From the NCBI GenBank assembly GCA_934101115.1, contig CAKOPW010000009.1:677-64676 (forward strand): a stretch of DNA of 64,000 nucleotides. Reading direction: 5' to 3'. The translations under genes and the position numbers were made by a program. Below the pieces are notes generated by a model. The model searched no databases. It saw nothing but the letters and a program-made list of their open reading frames with translations, and was not told the origin of the DNA. Of the stretch, positions 63,991-64,000 are shown piece by piece. Origin of the DNA: an uncultured Bacilli bacterium. GTDB lineage: Bacteria; Bacillota_I; Bacilli_A; RF39; UBA660. Within the stretch, counting starts at the first letter, position 1. Each line of letters begins with the position of its first letter.

Positions 63991-64000
63991 CAATTTTTTT

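Noticed and set aside
1-64000. CRISPR arrays, rRNA operons, IS elements and prophage modules.
   Set aside because: No regularly spaced direct repeats, rRNA-like sequence, transposase/integrase motifs or phage structural genes were seen anywhere in the window.

Overview
This is a very AT-rich chromosomal segment, well under 35 % G+C by eye, from a low-GC Gram-positive bacterium (Bacillota). The organism looks like a spore-former: there is an intact pro-sigma-K gene, a SpoVD/PBP2B-type PBP and DacB-like carboxypeptidases. I call about 65 protein genes, almost all on the + strand and often with overlapping stop/start codons. I also call three tRNAs (CAT and Leu-TAG on +, Glu-TTC on -), one Ser-type T-box leader, and several sigma-A-like promoters and hairpin terminators. 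I saw no rRNA, CRISPR array, transposase, integrase or prophage module. Recognisable housekeeping blocks are: sufC/short sufD/sufS/sufU; gmk; T-box-HD protein-serS; an AraC/GyrI regulator plus ABC exporter; ftsK; NfnAB-like oxidoreductase; cyclophilin; LtaS; yqeG-yqeH-mutL; mraZ-rsmH-ftsL-PBP2B; ftsE-ftsX-M23 peptidase-rseP; parE-like; and a block syntenic with B. subtilis yrzL-yrrK-yrzB-mltG-yrrM-yrrN-yrrO-greA. Five regions deserve a second look. (1) A self-contained operon at 18.2-21.7 kb joins a radical-SAM/DUF4130 'DNA modification/repair' pair to a highly divergent Cpn60 paralog with no GroES. (2) Three tightly packed, divergent paralogous membrane-protein genes of unknown family sit at 40.1-42.6 kb, just upstream of mraZ. 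(3) An accessory-looking islet around the tRNA pair (13.1-18.2 kb) holds a solitary MvaI/BcnI-like restriction endonuclease with no methyltransferase, a macro-domain-like protein and large unknown proteins. (4) A thioester (TQXA-type) adhesin with a non-LPXTG tail lies next to an atypical sortase. (5) A T-box controls a SpoT/Mesh1-like HD protein ahead of serS. All family assignments come from motif recognition by eye and need HMM or BLAST confirmation.
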